Of a stretch of 64,000 bases of DNA, positions 52,983 to 61,746 are shown piece after piece. This stretch comes from Waddliaceae bacterium. GTDB taxonomy: Bacteria > Chlamydiota > Chlamydiia > Chlamydiales > SLFE01. The notes beneath the pieces were generated by a model, which did not search any database, was not told the DNA's origin, and saw only the letters and a program-made list of their open reading frames with translations. A program made the translations under genes and the position numbers. The stretch spans positions 32,001 to 96,000 of the forward strand of contig CAWAPJ010000001.1 of NCBI GenBank assembly GCA_963783885.1, read 5' to 3'. Each line of letters starts with the position of its first letter. Position 1 is the first letter of the stretch.

Positions 52983-54039
52983 TCATTTTTTGGTGGTGAA
53001 AGTGTTTGACAAGAGCAGAGGTCACCTCGTCGATCTCTCCCTGCATAGCTCGATCGAGATGATATAAGGTCATGTTAATACGGTGATCGGTCAAACGGTT
53101 TTGAGGGAAATTATACGTGCGGATCCTTTCGGAGCGATCCCCTGTCCCTACCTGCAAAGACCGCTTCGAGGCCATCTCTTTTTCCCTTTGTATTCTCTCC
53201 TGTTCAGCAATTTTCGCCGAAAGAAAGCGCATTGCCTTTTCCTTGTTCTTGTGCTGGCTCCTCTCTTCCTGGCAGGCAACGACTATGCCGGTCGGAATAT
53301 GCGTGATGCGGACAGCGCTGTCTGTCGTGTTGACATGCTGTCCTCCCGCTCCCGAAGAGCGGAACGTATCGATCCTCAGGTCTTTTTCTTCCACCTTAAC
53401 TTCTTCCTCTTCGGAAGGTTCGGGAAGTGCTGCCACTGTGATGGCGGAAGTATGGACCCTCCCTTGAGCTTCGGTTTCGGGAACTCTTTGCACCCGGTGG
53501 GTGCCCGCTTCGTGCTGGAGGAACCTGTACACATTAGACCCGGAGAGAACCATAACGTATTCTTTAAACCCTCCCATTTCGGAAGGGGTGCAGGAGAGAA
53601 GTTCATAGCGCCATCCCATACGGTCGGCATAGAGCTTATACATTCTGACACAATCGGCAACGAAAAGAGCCGCCTCCGCCCCGCCCGTACCGGCTCTCAG
53701 TTCCAGAATTGTATTGCGGTTGTCCAAGGGATCGGGAGGAACAAGAAGGTTGTCAAGTTTGACTGTCAGCTCATGAACCACCTTTTCCAGCTTCTCTATA
53801 TCTTCTTCCAAAACGATGGTAAATTCGGGATCTTCTTCACTTTCAAGCATTTTTTGATTATCGCCCAGCTGATGCTCGGCATTTTTCAATTCGTTCCAGC
53901 AATTCTTGATCTCGGATAATCGGGAGTGCTCCTGGGTCAAGGTTCGGTACTTTTCCTGATCCTGGATGATATCAGGCTGGCCGAGAGCCTGCTCGACTTC
54001 GTCCAACCGGCTGATCAGAGACTTTATCTTTTCTTCCAT
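52972..54039 (-). CDS. prfA: Peptide chain release factor 1
   Basis: RVQRVPET (PxT), [17 protein letters not shown]. Confidence 0.97.
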   Translation of the reverse strand: MEEKIKSLISRLDEVEQALGQPDIIQDQEKYRTLTQEHSRLSEIKNCWNELKNAEHQLGDNQKMLESEEDPEFTIVLEEDIEKLEKVVHELTVKLDNLLVPPDPLDNRNTILELRAGTGGAEAALFVADCVRMYKLYADRMGWRYELLSCTPSEMGGFKEYVMVLSGSNVYRFLQHEAGTHRVQRVPETEAQGRVHTSAITVAALPEPSEEEEVKVEEKDLRIDTFRSSGAGGQHVNTTDSAVRITHIPTGIVVACQEERSQHKNKEKAMRFLSAKIAEQERIQREKEMASKRSLQVGTGDRSERIRTYNFPQNRLTDHRINMTLYHLDRAMQGEIDEVTSALVKHFHHQKMNAG

Positions 54040-54054
54040 TTTTACCTTTTAACA

Positions 54055-54099
54055 ATAAAAAATATCCGCCACGCCTGCTCTTGGCAGACAGGACGGATG
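54055..54099 (-). terminator. Hairpin plus U-tract between rpmE and prfA
   Basis: Minus strand ATCCGTCCTGTCTGC-CAAGA-GCAGGCGTGGCGGAT followed by ATTTTTT. Confidence 0.6.
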
Positions 54100-54119
54100 A
54101 AAATCAAATGAAAATGAAG

Positions 54120-54455
54120 TTACTTTTTCTTCTTTTTCGCTGTTTTTTTCTTGGCAGGCTCTTCAGCAGCTTCCTTCTCCGCTTCCGCCTGCATTTTAGC
54201 CGCTTCCCGCTTTGCCTTTTCCTTGTAACGCTTTGTAAATTTATCTATGCGCCCTTCGGTATCGACCAAACCCGATTTACCGGAGAAAAAGGGATGCGAG
54301 TGGGAGGAGATAGGGACATGGTAAACAGGATACTCGACGCCTTCAAAAACCTCTTTTTCCTCCGGGTTCAAAGCGGCTCCACAGACAAATTTGTGCCCGG
54401 TTGAGGAATCGACAAACAAAATTTTCTGATATTTAGGGTGTATCTCTTTCTTCAT
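54120..54455 (-). CDS. rpmE: 50S ribosomal protein L31 type B
   Basis: [29 protein letters not shown]; Lys/Ala-rich tail. Confidence 0.95.
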   Translation of the reverse strand: MKKEIHPKYQKILFVDSSTGHKFVCGAALNPEEKEVFEGVEYPVYHVPISSHSHPFFSGKSGLVDTEGRIDKFTKRYKEKAKREAAKMQAEAEKEAAEEPAKKKTAKKKKK

Positions 54456-54632
54456 TAATCACTCCAATATGAAATTTTAAGGCTTATCATACAAAATTTT
54501 GCCATTAACCACAAGCCTGAAATGGTGTTATTTTGTGGCAAGGTTTTTTAAAATGACTCACAATAAATGACATACAAACCTCATTTGGAATAATAAAAAA
54601 AATATTATAAAATAAGTCGAAAAGGAGGTTTT

Positions 54633-55706
54633 ATGATCAGCTGTTATCGCCTGGGTGGGGCCATTAAAAGGCCTCCTTTTTTTGCTCTCAATTCCTACTG
54701 GAAACGCTATTCAATTCATTACTTTCCAGGGATTAGCGGTCCTATAGGAGGCATTTTTCGAATAGCTATCAGCAGCCTGTACGGGTTCTACCACACCCTG
54801 TCCTTAAAAACTCATCAGATTAGGCCATTGCCCGGAGGATTTAAGAATCCCAATCAATTCTGTTTCGGGCATGCTCTTTTTCAGGTTCTCTTTGCTTCAG
54901 ACAAATTTTCAAAATATTTGTCGCCAAAGAAACACAGTTTGAAGCCATACCACAATGAAAACTCGGAAAATTTAAACCTGAGAATCAAAGTCCAGCATCA
55001 TCTCAATAAAATGCGAAGAAAAATCACTGGTCACAAAACCGTAAGCGCTTCCGAATCCTTCCGGCTAAGGCATCAGTTTCACCTCGCAAACCACAATATT
55101 CCTGAAAAAGGACAATGGGATCTTTGCGAATTCTCCGATCACGTTTTCAAAATAATAGAGGTTCCTCCTATAGAATTTTCTTTAGATGTCCTCCCTCTTC
55201 GCTATTTTGCCAATTCGTTTTATCTCAATCCCAATATGATGAGAGTTAAGAAAACCATTTCCCTGGATTCAATTCCACTTCTTAACGAAAAACTTGAAAC
55301 AATACCGGAAGATCCCGAAATTATCAGCCAGCTGCCTAAAGTGACACTAAAAAACATTATGTTCAACACAAAGCACACTCCAGACTACCTATCGGTTCAA
55401 ATTTCGCGCTTTCATCATGATTTGACATCGACTAGGAAAAAGTCTATTCAACTCAAAGATATCTCCCGACTCAAGTTCCGCCTGAACAATTCGAAAGATA
55501 AAATCGATTATCAACTTATCGGATCCTGCGAGCACGAAGGTACAATTAGACAAGGACACTACTATTCAATTATCCGCTATCTTCATGAAGGAAAGCATTA
55601 TTGGATCAAATGCGACAGCGCTTCAATATCCTTTTTTAACACTAAAAAAGTCAATGACATGATAGGCAAAAAGGGGTGTTATTATTTCTATGAAAGAGTA
55701 TCATAG
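54633..55706 (+). CDS. USP-type (peptidase C19) deubiquitinase-like protein
   Basis: Cys box GGFKNPNQFCFGHALFQVL; QWDLCEF (Q-D-x-x-E-F box); LSVQISRF; His box YQLIGSCEHEGTIRQGHYYSIIR...WIKCD. Confidence 0.8.
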   Translation: MISCYRLGGAIKRPPFFALNSYWKRYSIHYFPGISGPIGGIFRIAISSLYGFYHTLSLKTHQIRPLPGGFKNPNQFCFGHALFQVLFASDKFSKYLSPKKHSLKPYHNENSENLNLRIKVQHHLNKMRRKITGHKTVSASESFRLRHQFHLANHNIPEKGQWDLCEFSDHVFKIIEVPPIEFSLDVLPLRYFANSFYLNPNMMRVKKTISLDSIPLLNEKLETIPEDPEIISQLPKVTLKNIMFNTKHTPDYLSVQISRFHHDLTSTRKKSIQLKDISRLKFRLNNSKDKIDYQLIGSCEHEGTIRQGHYYSIIRYLHEGKHYWIKCDSASISFFNTKKVNDMIGKKGCYYFYERVS

Positions 55707-55712
55707 AAGGGT

Positions 55713-56585
55713 ATGAGAACGACTCTAGGACAAATCGGCCCCTCCCAAACTCCGGGAATCATCCGGACAATTATTATCGCCACCTCTGCCACCACACTCT
55801 TAACTGCCCTCGTCGATCCGCTGATTTTTGGACATTTTCACTTCAGCCTGCAATATTTTCTTAGCCTCTCCGCATCGATGTTCAAATCGCTCTACCTATG
55901 GCAGCCGTTCACTTATCTTTTTGTCCTGCAGCCTTATGGCGGAATCACATTCGGATTGATCTTCAGCCTCTTTTTCCAAATGCTTATACTTTGGATGATG
56001 GGCGCTGCAATTGCAGAAAGATATGGGGAAAAATCCTTTTCCAAACTTTATTTCGGCTCAGGAATTCTCGCCGGACTACTGACACTTCCCTATTACCTGT
56101 CATTTCCCCATACATTTCCTATTGCGGGCCCCACAGCAAGCCTATACGCTGTCTTTGTTGTCTGGTGCATGCTGCACCAAGAGGCGCAAATTTTGCTCTT
56201 TTTCATCATCCCCGTCAAAGCGAAATGGCTTCTTGTCGGAGGCCTTGCCGCCTCGCTTTTGGTTTTCCTTTCCGAAGTTTCCGTCCTTTCTTTGATTTTG
56301 CTGGCCATAGGTACTCTTTACGGCTATCTCTATGCGGCATTTTTTAAAGAAACGATCTCGCCTTATCCCTTTTTAAATAAAGTGGACCGCTTCTTCATTA
56401 ATTTTGGGAGAAAATCAAGGCAAAAAAAGAAAGAATCTAAAATCGTCAAGTTTCCCGGAGGAAAACGTGAGGAATCCGATGAAGAGTTTGTCGACCGCAT
56501 GCTCGACAAAATTTCCAAAAAGGGAGCGGATTCCCTGACTAAAAAAGAGCAAGACCGCCTCGACAAAATCTCCAAAGGCAAGTAA
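55713..56585 (+). CDS. Rhomboid-fold membrane protein, probably catalytically inactive
   Basis: LWQPFTYLF, ERYG..F..LYF.SG, IPVKAKW; C-terminal VDRMLDKISKKGADSLT module. Confidence 0.8.
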   Translation: MRTTLGQIGPSQTPGIIRTIIIATSATTLLTALVDPLIFGHFHFSLQYFLSLSASMFKSLYLWQPFTYLFVLQPYGGITFGLIFSLFFQMLILWMMGAAIAERYGEKSFSKLYFGSGILAGLLTLPYYLSFPHTFPIAGPTASLYAVFVVWCMLHQEAQILLFFIIPVKAKWLLVGGLAASLLVFLSEVSVLSLILLAIGTLYGYLYAAFFKETISPYPFLNKVDRFFINFGRKSRQKKKESKIVKFPGGKREESDEEFVDRMLDKISKKGADSLTKKEQDRLDKISKGK

Positions 56586-56590
56586 TCCTT

Positions 56591-56619
56591 TTGACAAATA
56601 CTAGCAGTGAGCCTATCCT
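56591..56619 (+). promoter_or_regulatory. Sigma66/70-type promoter
   Basis: TTGACA-17 nt-TATCCT upstream of the ORF at 56649. Confidence 0.6.
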
Positions 56620-56648
56620 TACTTTCCAAAACAGACAGGGAGGAAAAT

Positions 56649-56921
56649 ATGGTTTCAACCGTATCAAACGAATATAAAATCATCTACTGGGCAGGTGAAT
56701 TTCTATCAGCTATCTGCGACATCGATATCAAAATTAAAAAAAAGTTCAAAGAAATGACGCCATTAGTTTCTGAACATGTGAAAAAACACAAATGGAAACT
56801 GCTGGGAGGCGCGTCATTTTCCTTAGCTATTTGCATCTTTGCCCTTTACCGACTTCACGAATCCCGCTCATTATTACAAATTAGAGCCCTAAGGTCATCG
56901 GATGAGAACAAATCAAGTTAG
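56649..56921 (+). CDS. Small single-TM hypothetical protein
   Basis: GGGAGG RBS before MVSTV; KKHKWKLLGG followed by a TM segment. Confidence 0.55.
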   Translation: MVSTVSNEYKIIYWAGEFLSAICDIDIKIKKKFKEMTPLVSEHVKKHKWKLLGGASFSLAICIFALYRLHESRSLLQIRALRSSDENKSS

Positions 56922-56977
56922 AAAAATATGGAGGAATCATGCAACCATCTGATCAACTTCCCCCGCTTATTACTATG

Positions 56978-58121
56978 ACCCTGATTGCTACCTAAACCTT
57001 AGCTAGAGCTTACACGAGTGCGCCAGATACAACTGTAGCGCCTCGGCAAGGGTAATCCCTTGCCGAGGCGCTACAGGCAGTAGATGGTGTGCTCGTGTAA
57101 GCTCTAGCTGAGCTCCCCTTTGCATAAAAACGAAACACTATAGGCAAGAATTGCACAGAATACTTTTATCAAAAAGCCTTGTTCAGTGCAGAACTTAAAA
57201 GTTCTGGGGAAAAGGTTTGTTATGCAGCTAAATGTCGTCTCGACAATCTGTCGCTTGCTGCTAATTTCCCTCTCTTCAATTGGTGTTCGGACTCTATTCT
57301 TTGCTTTACATCCCCGTTTTGCAAGCAATGTAATTTGTTCTTCTTTCAAGATGTCTTCTAAATCAAAGCAATTATACGCACCATCTGCATAAAGTTTAGA
57401 ATCTGGTGGAATGTCCAGTTTCATTTCCCAGAGCACCTTTACATCGCTTACTGCTCCTGGCTTGAAAAGAACTTCAACCGGCTTGCCTTCGCTCGTCACA
57501 ATCATATGAACTTTTATGCCGCAAAAGTAACGCTTTTTAGAAGCTGCGAAACCTAAATACCTTCGTTCTAGAAAAACCTTCCGTTTATCGATTCTATTTT
57601 TCTGACAACATGAAACTGGAAAGCTGTCTATAGCAAAACCCTGATCTTTATTTATTTGCTTAAAAAATAGAGCTAAAAAACGGAAAATGGCGTTCCAACA
57701 AATCCAAGGAATTTTATGAATTCGGCGATTTAGCCGGCTATTGCTTAAAATAGCTCTGAATAATCGTAATCTTTTACATAAATATCTGGACATTTTATAG
57801 TTACAAGAAAAATATTTTGCTGATAAAATAGCAAAAGTTATCACTTCTGCGTTGGACATTTGAGATTGAGGATCGTCTTTAATCCCCAAAATTCGAAGGA
57901 TTTCTTCGCTGATGACATAAACTGTTGTTGCGTAAGTTTCCATGATGCCCCCTTTTTTTGGCTAAGGAAGTATCATAGAGACTATTGTCGTTAAAATCTT
58001 TCATTGAATTCATCTGCTAAGCCTCGATTATCGGCAAGGGATTACCCTTGCCTTCAAATCGAGTCTACGCATCTGAATCCAACGAAAGACTTTAACAACA
58101 AGTTTAGGTAGCAATCAGGGT
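56978..58121 (-). mobile_element. Complete IS982-family insertion sequence, 1144 bp
   Basis: Perfect 20-bp TIRs ACCCTGATTGCTACCTAAAC; 5-bp target duplication CTATG at 56973-56977 and 58122-58126. Confidence 0.93.
57104..57943 (-). CDS. IS982-family DDE transposase
   Basis: AIDSFPV (D), YADGAY (D), RQIVETTFS (E), YFCGIKVH; 279 aa. Confidence 0.93.
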   Translation of the reverse strand: METYATTVYVISEEILRILGIKDDPQSQMSNAEVITFAILSAKYFSCNYKMSRYLCKRLRLFRAILSNSRLNRRIHKIPWICWNAIFRFLALFFKQINKDQGFAIDSFPVSCCQKNRIDKRKVFLERRYLGFAASKKRYFCGIKVHMIVTSEGKPVEVLFKPGAVSDVKVLWEMKLDIPPDSKLYADGAYNCFDLEDILKEEQITLLAKRGCKAKNRVRTPIEEREISSKRQIVETTFSCITNLFPRTFKFCTEQGFLIKVFCAILAYSVSFLCKGELS

Positions 58122-58254
58122 CTATGGGCGATGTTGTAAAATTTGCAGCAAGCGAACTTTGCCCGAAAAAAAATCAATGGAAACTCATTCTCGGCACCTG
58201 CTTGATTACATATTTAGCAATAAGAACCTTTGATTATATCAGAAACAATGAAAC

Positions 58255-59892
58255 TCACGCGAGAAGGTTTCTGATCAATTTTTGGGACTCGTCAGAAAGC
58301 GGGTCGGCAAGAAGATTCTTGAGACTTTTCTCTTCTACCCGCACAAATCGGTAAAGCGGAATCCCTTTTCTGATTAATGAAAGGGTGTATTGGGGCTTGC
58401 TTAGGAGAATCTGAAAATGGGGAAGGTGAATTTCTGCAAGCTGCTTTATATCCACACCGCCATTTTTTAAAATCGAAAGAGATTTCAAGTTTGAAAGAGC
58501 TACTTTGAACTCCTCAAGCAAAAATGGCTCAAGATCGCTTATAGAAAGGCCCAGTTCAGGCATTATTTCCAGGAGTGGAAAACGAGAAAAAGCATAAACA
58601 GCCTGATCTTTGGACAGTTTGAAAAGCTCTTTTGGAGGTGTTCCCGATTTCTCAAGTTTCAGAATACTGGCGGCATGCCTTAAAACCTCGGAAAGAATCA
58701 AAGGATAACGAGTCAGATCATTTAAAGTGAGGCCGCTTTTTATCAGCTTTTCTACCTGCGCAGGATAAGCAGTCAGAGTCTCGATGACATCGATATCGAT
58801 TTCAAGTATTGATTGCCTAAAAACGCCAAGCTTTTCTGATATGTCTATCATAGGGCCGTAGCGGTCCTGATGTTTTAGGACATCTTCAAACTGCCGGTCG
58901 GAAAGCGGACTGAGATCCTTGAGACCCACCCCCACCTCCGACAACGCTAAAAAACCTTCTCGATTTTGGAGTAATAGGTCTGTTTTGGCATGCTTTAACG
59001 TTGCCAAGCCCATGAAAATATCCGTGTCTCTCTCTTTTGCTGTGAGAAAAAATCCACTATTTTTAAAAAGTTTCTCCAAATTATACGAATCGATTTTAAA
59101 CAGAATTTTTTGGGGCGCGTTTTGACCGAGAAGACGTGAAAACGCCTCTCCATGAGAAAGGATCATAAACATCTGCCAAAAATCAAGTCCTTCCAGATCC
59201 TTTCTTTCAATAAGCGGTTGAAAAGCCTCAGCCTCTCTGAGCTTGCCCGAATCTATCGTTCCAATCGTTTCGAACTCGACACCCAAATCCAGCAGCTTGA
59301 TAATCTCGGGAACATGTTTTAAAAACCATCCGAAATCCCAATCGGGAAGGGGGACTAGCTGCTCCCATTTGACGCCATGCTCCAAAAGAGACAGTGTTTG
59401 CTCGGGCCGAATCAGCATCTCCTCAACCCAATTCCATCTCAATTTCAGAAGATCATCGACAGTTTCGAACTTTTTTAGGATAGAGGAAATCGCATCGGGA
59501 TGCTGGAGAATCAATCCAAGCTGATAACCACTGAAGCGGACAAGCTCTCGAATAGAAATTCCCGACTGAAGAATGACAGCAAGACCTTCTGTATGATGCA
59601 GCACCTCGATAAGCTGGGGTGAATCAAAAAGGTAAAAATCCTGAGAAGAAAATCCTTTTGAAACCAGTTCAATGACCCGCTCCGACTCGATGCAAAGAAC
59701 CTGCAGTTCCTGCCAAGAAAATTCTAAAAGCTCGTTAAAAGTAAAAATCTTTTTAGCGATGAGCTTCCTGACAGCTGAAGGATATTCCAAAATTGCAGTC
59801 CGATGCCCGACTTTCGTGCTTGCAGCGATTTTTGGCCAATCTTCTTCTGCTATGACTCCTTTAAGCTCATCGGGCATCTGCGGAACAGTCAT
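58255..59892 (-). CDS. Hypothetical protein with about 16 tandem 31-aa helical repeats
   Basis: Repeats such as GFSSQDFYLFDSPQLIEVLHHTEGLAVILQS and GISIRELVRFSGYQLGLILQHPDAISSILKK; ATGA-coupled to the upstream gene. Confidence 0.72.
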   Translation of the reverse strand: MTVPQMPDELKGVIAEEDWPKIAASTKVGHRTAILEYPSAVRKLIAKKIFTFNELLEFSWQELQVLCIESERVIELVSKGFSSQDFYLFDSPQLIEVLHHTEGLAVILQSGISIRELVRFSGYQLGLILQHPDAISSILKKFETVDDLLKLRWNWVEEMLIRPEQTLSLLEHGVKWEQLVPLPDWDFGWFLKHVPEIIKLLDLGVEFETIGTIDSGKLREAEAFQPLIERKDLEGLDFWQMFMILSHGEAFSRLLGQNAPQKILFKIDSYNLEKLFKNSGFFLTAKERDTDIFMGLATLKHAKTDLLLQNREGFLALSEVGVGLKDLSPLSDRQFEDVLKHQDRYGPMIDISEKLGVFRQSILEIDIDVIETLTAYPAQVEKLIKSGLTLNDLTRYPLILSEVLRHAASILKLEKSGTPPKELFKLSKDQAVYAFSRFPLLEIMPELGLSISDLEPFLLEEFKVALSNLKSLSILKNGGVDIKQLAEIHLPHFQILLSKPQYTLSLIRKGIPLYRFVRVEEKSLKNLLADPLSDESQKLIRNLLA

Positions 59893-60110
59893 TGGAAATC
59901 TTCAGCTCCCCTAAGAGCGATTAACGTCAGTTGAACCCCATGAAGCACGCCCTCTTCATACCGAAATTCCGGGTGGTTTTCCAGTTCGGGAAAGTCGTTT
60001 GGCTGAAGTAGATCGTCCTTAGTCACGTGAGGAACAATTCTTTTCGCCAATTTGAGCAATTTTGCCTCCTGCCCAGAAATCAATTCCAATAAAAGATTTT
60101 CAGTCTGCAT
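59889..60110 (-). CDS. Conserved chlamydial hypothetical protein downstream of tadA
   Basis: DDLLQPNDFPELENHPEFRYEEGVL; overlaps the tadA stop codon. Confidence 0.75.
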   Translation of the reverse strand: MQTENLLLELISGQEAKLLKLAKRIVPHVTKDDLLQPNDFPELENHPEFRYEEGVLHGVQLTLIALRGAEDFQ

Positions 60111-60591
60111 GCGACTGTCTCCTTTTAATAAAAAACTCTTTTAAAAGAAAAGAGGCTTCATCCGCATAAATCCCTTTCCGGATTTCAATTGCGTGCGTGG
60201 GGTGTTTATTTTCAAACAAATTGATCCAGCTCCCTCCGGCGCCGTGCCGAATATCGGGAGCGCCCCAAACAACGGTTTTCACCCTTGAAAGCAGCGTGGC
60301 TCCAGCGCACATCGCACAAGGTTCAATCGTGCAGTAAAGAGTCGTATCGAGAAGCCGCCAATCCCCCATTGCATTCGCCCCTGCTGTGAGGCAAAGCATT
60401 TCGGCATGAGCAGTGGCGTCCTTTAAAAGCTCCACCTGATTATATCCCTTAGCAATCACCCTTCCCTTTAAGACCAGCACGGCACCTACAGGAACTTCTT
60501 CATTTTGAAAAGCTTTCCATGCTTGCTTCAAAGCCTCCAGCATAAATTTTTTATCGTCGCTATCGGGTGTTAAATGAAAAGGAAACGTCAT
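60100..60591 (-). CDS. tadA: tRNA adenosine(34) deaminase
   Basis: EVPVGAV, DATAHAE, WRL, EPCAMC. Confidence 0.93.
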   Translation of the reverse strand: MTFPFHLTPDSDDKKFMLEALKQAWKAFQNEEVPVGAVLVLKGRVIAKGYNQVELLKDATAHAEMLCLTAGANAMGDWRLLDTTLYCTIEPCAMCAGATLLSRVKTVVWGAPDIRHGAGGSWINLFENKHPTHAIEIRKGIYADEASFLLKEFFIKRRQSHAD

Positions 60592-61064
60592 TCTTGATCC
60601 TTATGAGCCGCCTCCCTCAATTCCTTGTAAACGCTTTCGGGAAAAACGACTGTATTCAAGACGCAAAAGATATAGGTATCGAGAGCTCCGAAATGTTTTA
60701 CCGACTCACTGGCTAGCCGTTTGGAAAATTCTTCGTCAAGTTCTTCCAGCTCTGTAAAATCTTTGGCGACTGTCATAAGCCCGGCCTCGAAAAAGTCGTA
60801 AATTCCACCGTGCTTCATCAACCACCTTTCAGTAAAAAACTCCCAGATTTTCTCATCCCCCTCTTTTAAATAGGGGGAGTAAACCGGGACCAAATCCTCG
60901 GTTTTCAGCTTATTAGGACTTTTTTTCCCGAAATGCTTCTTTAAAAACCCGTCATCCTGCTTCAGATGGTCCACCCTTAAATCCCGTCTGATGCTTCTGA
61001 TGATATCCGGGATGCACTCTTCCAAAAGCGCATATTGCTGGTCATATGTTGAATCTTTAAGCAT
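60588..61064 (-). CDS. Conserved hypothetical protein
   Basis: Start MLKDSTY with an AAGGA RBS; ATGA-coupled to tadA. Confidence 0.7.
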   Translation of the reverse strand: MLKDSTYDQQYALLEECIPDIIRSIRRDLRVDHLKQDDGFLKKHFGKKSPNKLKTEDLVPVYSPYLKEGDEKIWEFFTERWLMKHGGIYDFFEAGLMTVAKDFTELEELDEEFSKRLASESVKHFGALDTYIFCVLNTVVFPESVYKELREAAHKDQE

Positions 61065-61198
61065 AATCGCGTATTCCTTATTATAGAGGGAATTGAAAAC
61101 TAAGGCAAAACCGGTTTTTGAGCTAATTTGCTTAAGATTTTCTATTCCCTTTATAGGACACTTTATCAATTTTTAGGATCTCGATCAAGGAAGAAACG

Positions 61199-61450
61199 AT
61201 GAGCAGACATGAGCATTACTTCTATGGCAAACCCATTGTTGCCGATCAGGAAATGGAGTATATTCAAAAACTCCTTGCGAAATATAAAAATGAAGAAGTC
61301 ACCGAAGAGCTGAGAGAAAAGATCTGGAACGAACTGCAATGGGAAAAACATCTTGGCAATATCTCCATTCCCTTTAAGATAGTCGCAAGAAAAGACGAAT
61401 ACGGCCGGTACCCCGACACTATAGAAGTAATTCTTGATACCAAACTCTAG
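61199..61450 (+). CDS. Small hypothetical protein
   Basis: 83 aa, AAGGAAG RBS, ends IEVILDTKL. Confidence 0.65.
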   Translation: MSRHEHYFYGKPIVADQEMEYIQKLLAKYKNEEVTEELREKIWNELQWEKHLGNISIPFKIVARKDEYGRYPDTIEVILDTKL

Positions 61451-61606
61451 GCCCTGATTGCTACCTAAACCTTAGCTAGAGCTTACACGAGTGCGCCAGA
61501 TACAACTGTAGCGCCTCGGCAAGGGATTACCCTTGCCTTCAAATCGAGTCTACGCATCTGAATCCAACGAAAGACTTTAACAACAAGTTTAGGTAGCAAT
61601 CAGGAT
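61451..61606. mobile_element. 156-bp MITE, internal-deletion derivative of the IS982
   Basis: IS right end (56978-57052) joined to IS left end (58041-58121). Each TIR has one substitution. Flanks TCTAG and CCTAG. Confidence 0.9.
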
Positions 61607-61746
61607 CCTAGGGAGAGCAGAGAGGTTTAAGTTCCTATCAATTATTAAATAAAGCTCAAACAAAAAATTATTTGAAATGTAAAGGTTTTTATAGTAGAAA
61701 TTCATTTCTTCTTTCTGATCTCCGTTTTCTGATCTCTGCTTTCTGC

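Larger units (their letters stand above)
56939..58354 (+). pseudogene. Small TM protein gene interrupted by IS982
   Basis: Removing the IS and one CTATG copy gives MQPSDQLPPLIT-MGDVVKFAASELCPKKNQWKLILG..., with a GGAGGA RBS. Confidence 0.65.

Noticed and set aside
53083-53919. 278-aa ORF antisense to prfA, and similar shadow ORFs over nusA, malQ, rpsA and infB
   Set aside because: They lie wholly opposite conserved genes and show no recognisable motifs, as expected for codon-bias shadows.
58255-60591. tadA plus the repeat protein as a natural programmable base editor
   Set aside because: The tadA looks like the ordinary housekeeping enzyme in its usual chlamydial position near rpsO-pnp. Adjacency alone is not evidence.
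34370-61606. Repeated ACCCTGATTGCTACCTAAAC as a CRISPR repeat
   Set aside because: Copies are dispersed and inverted and bound a transposase. There is no spacer array and no cas gene.
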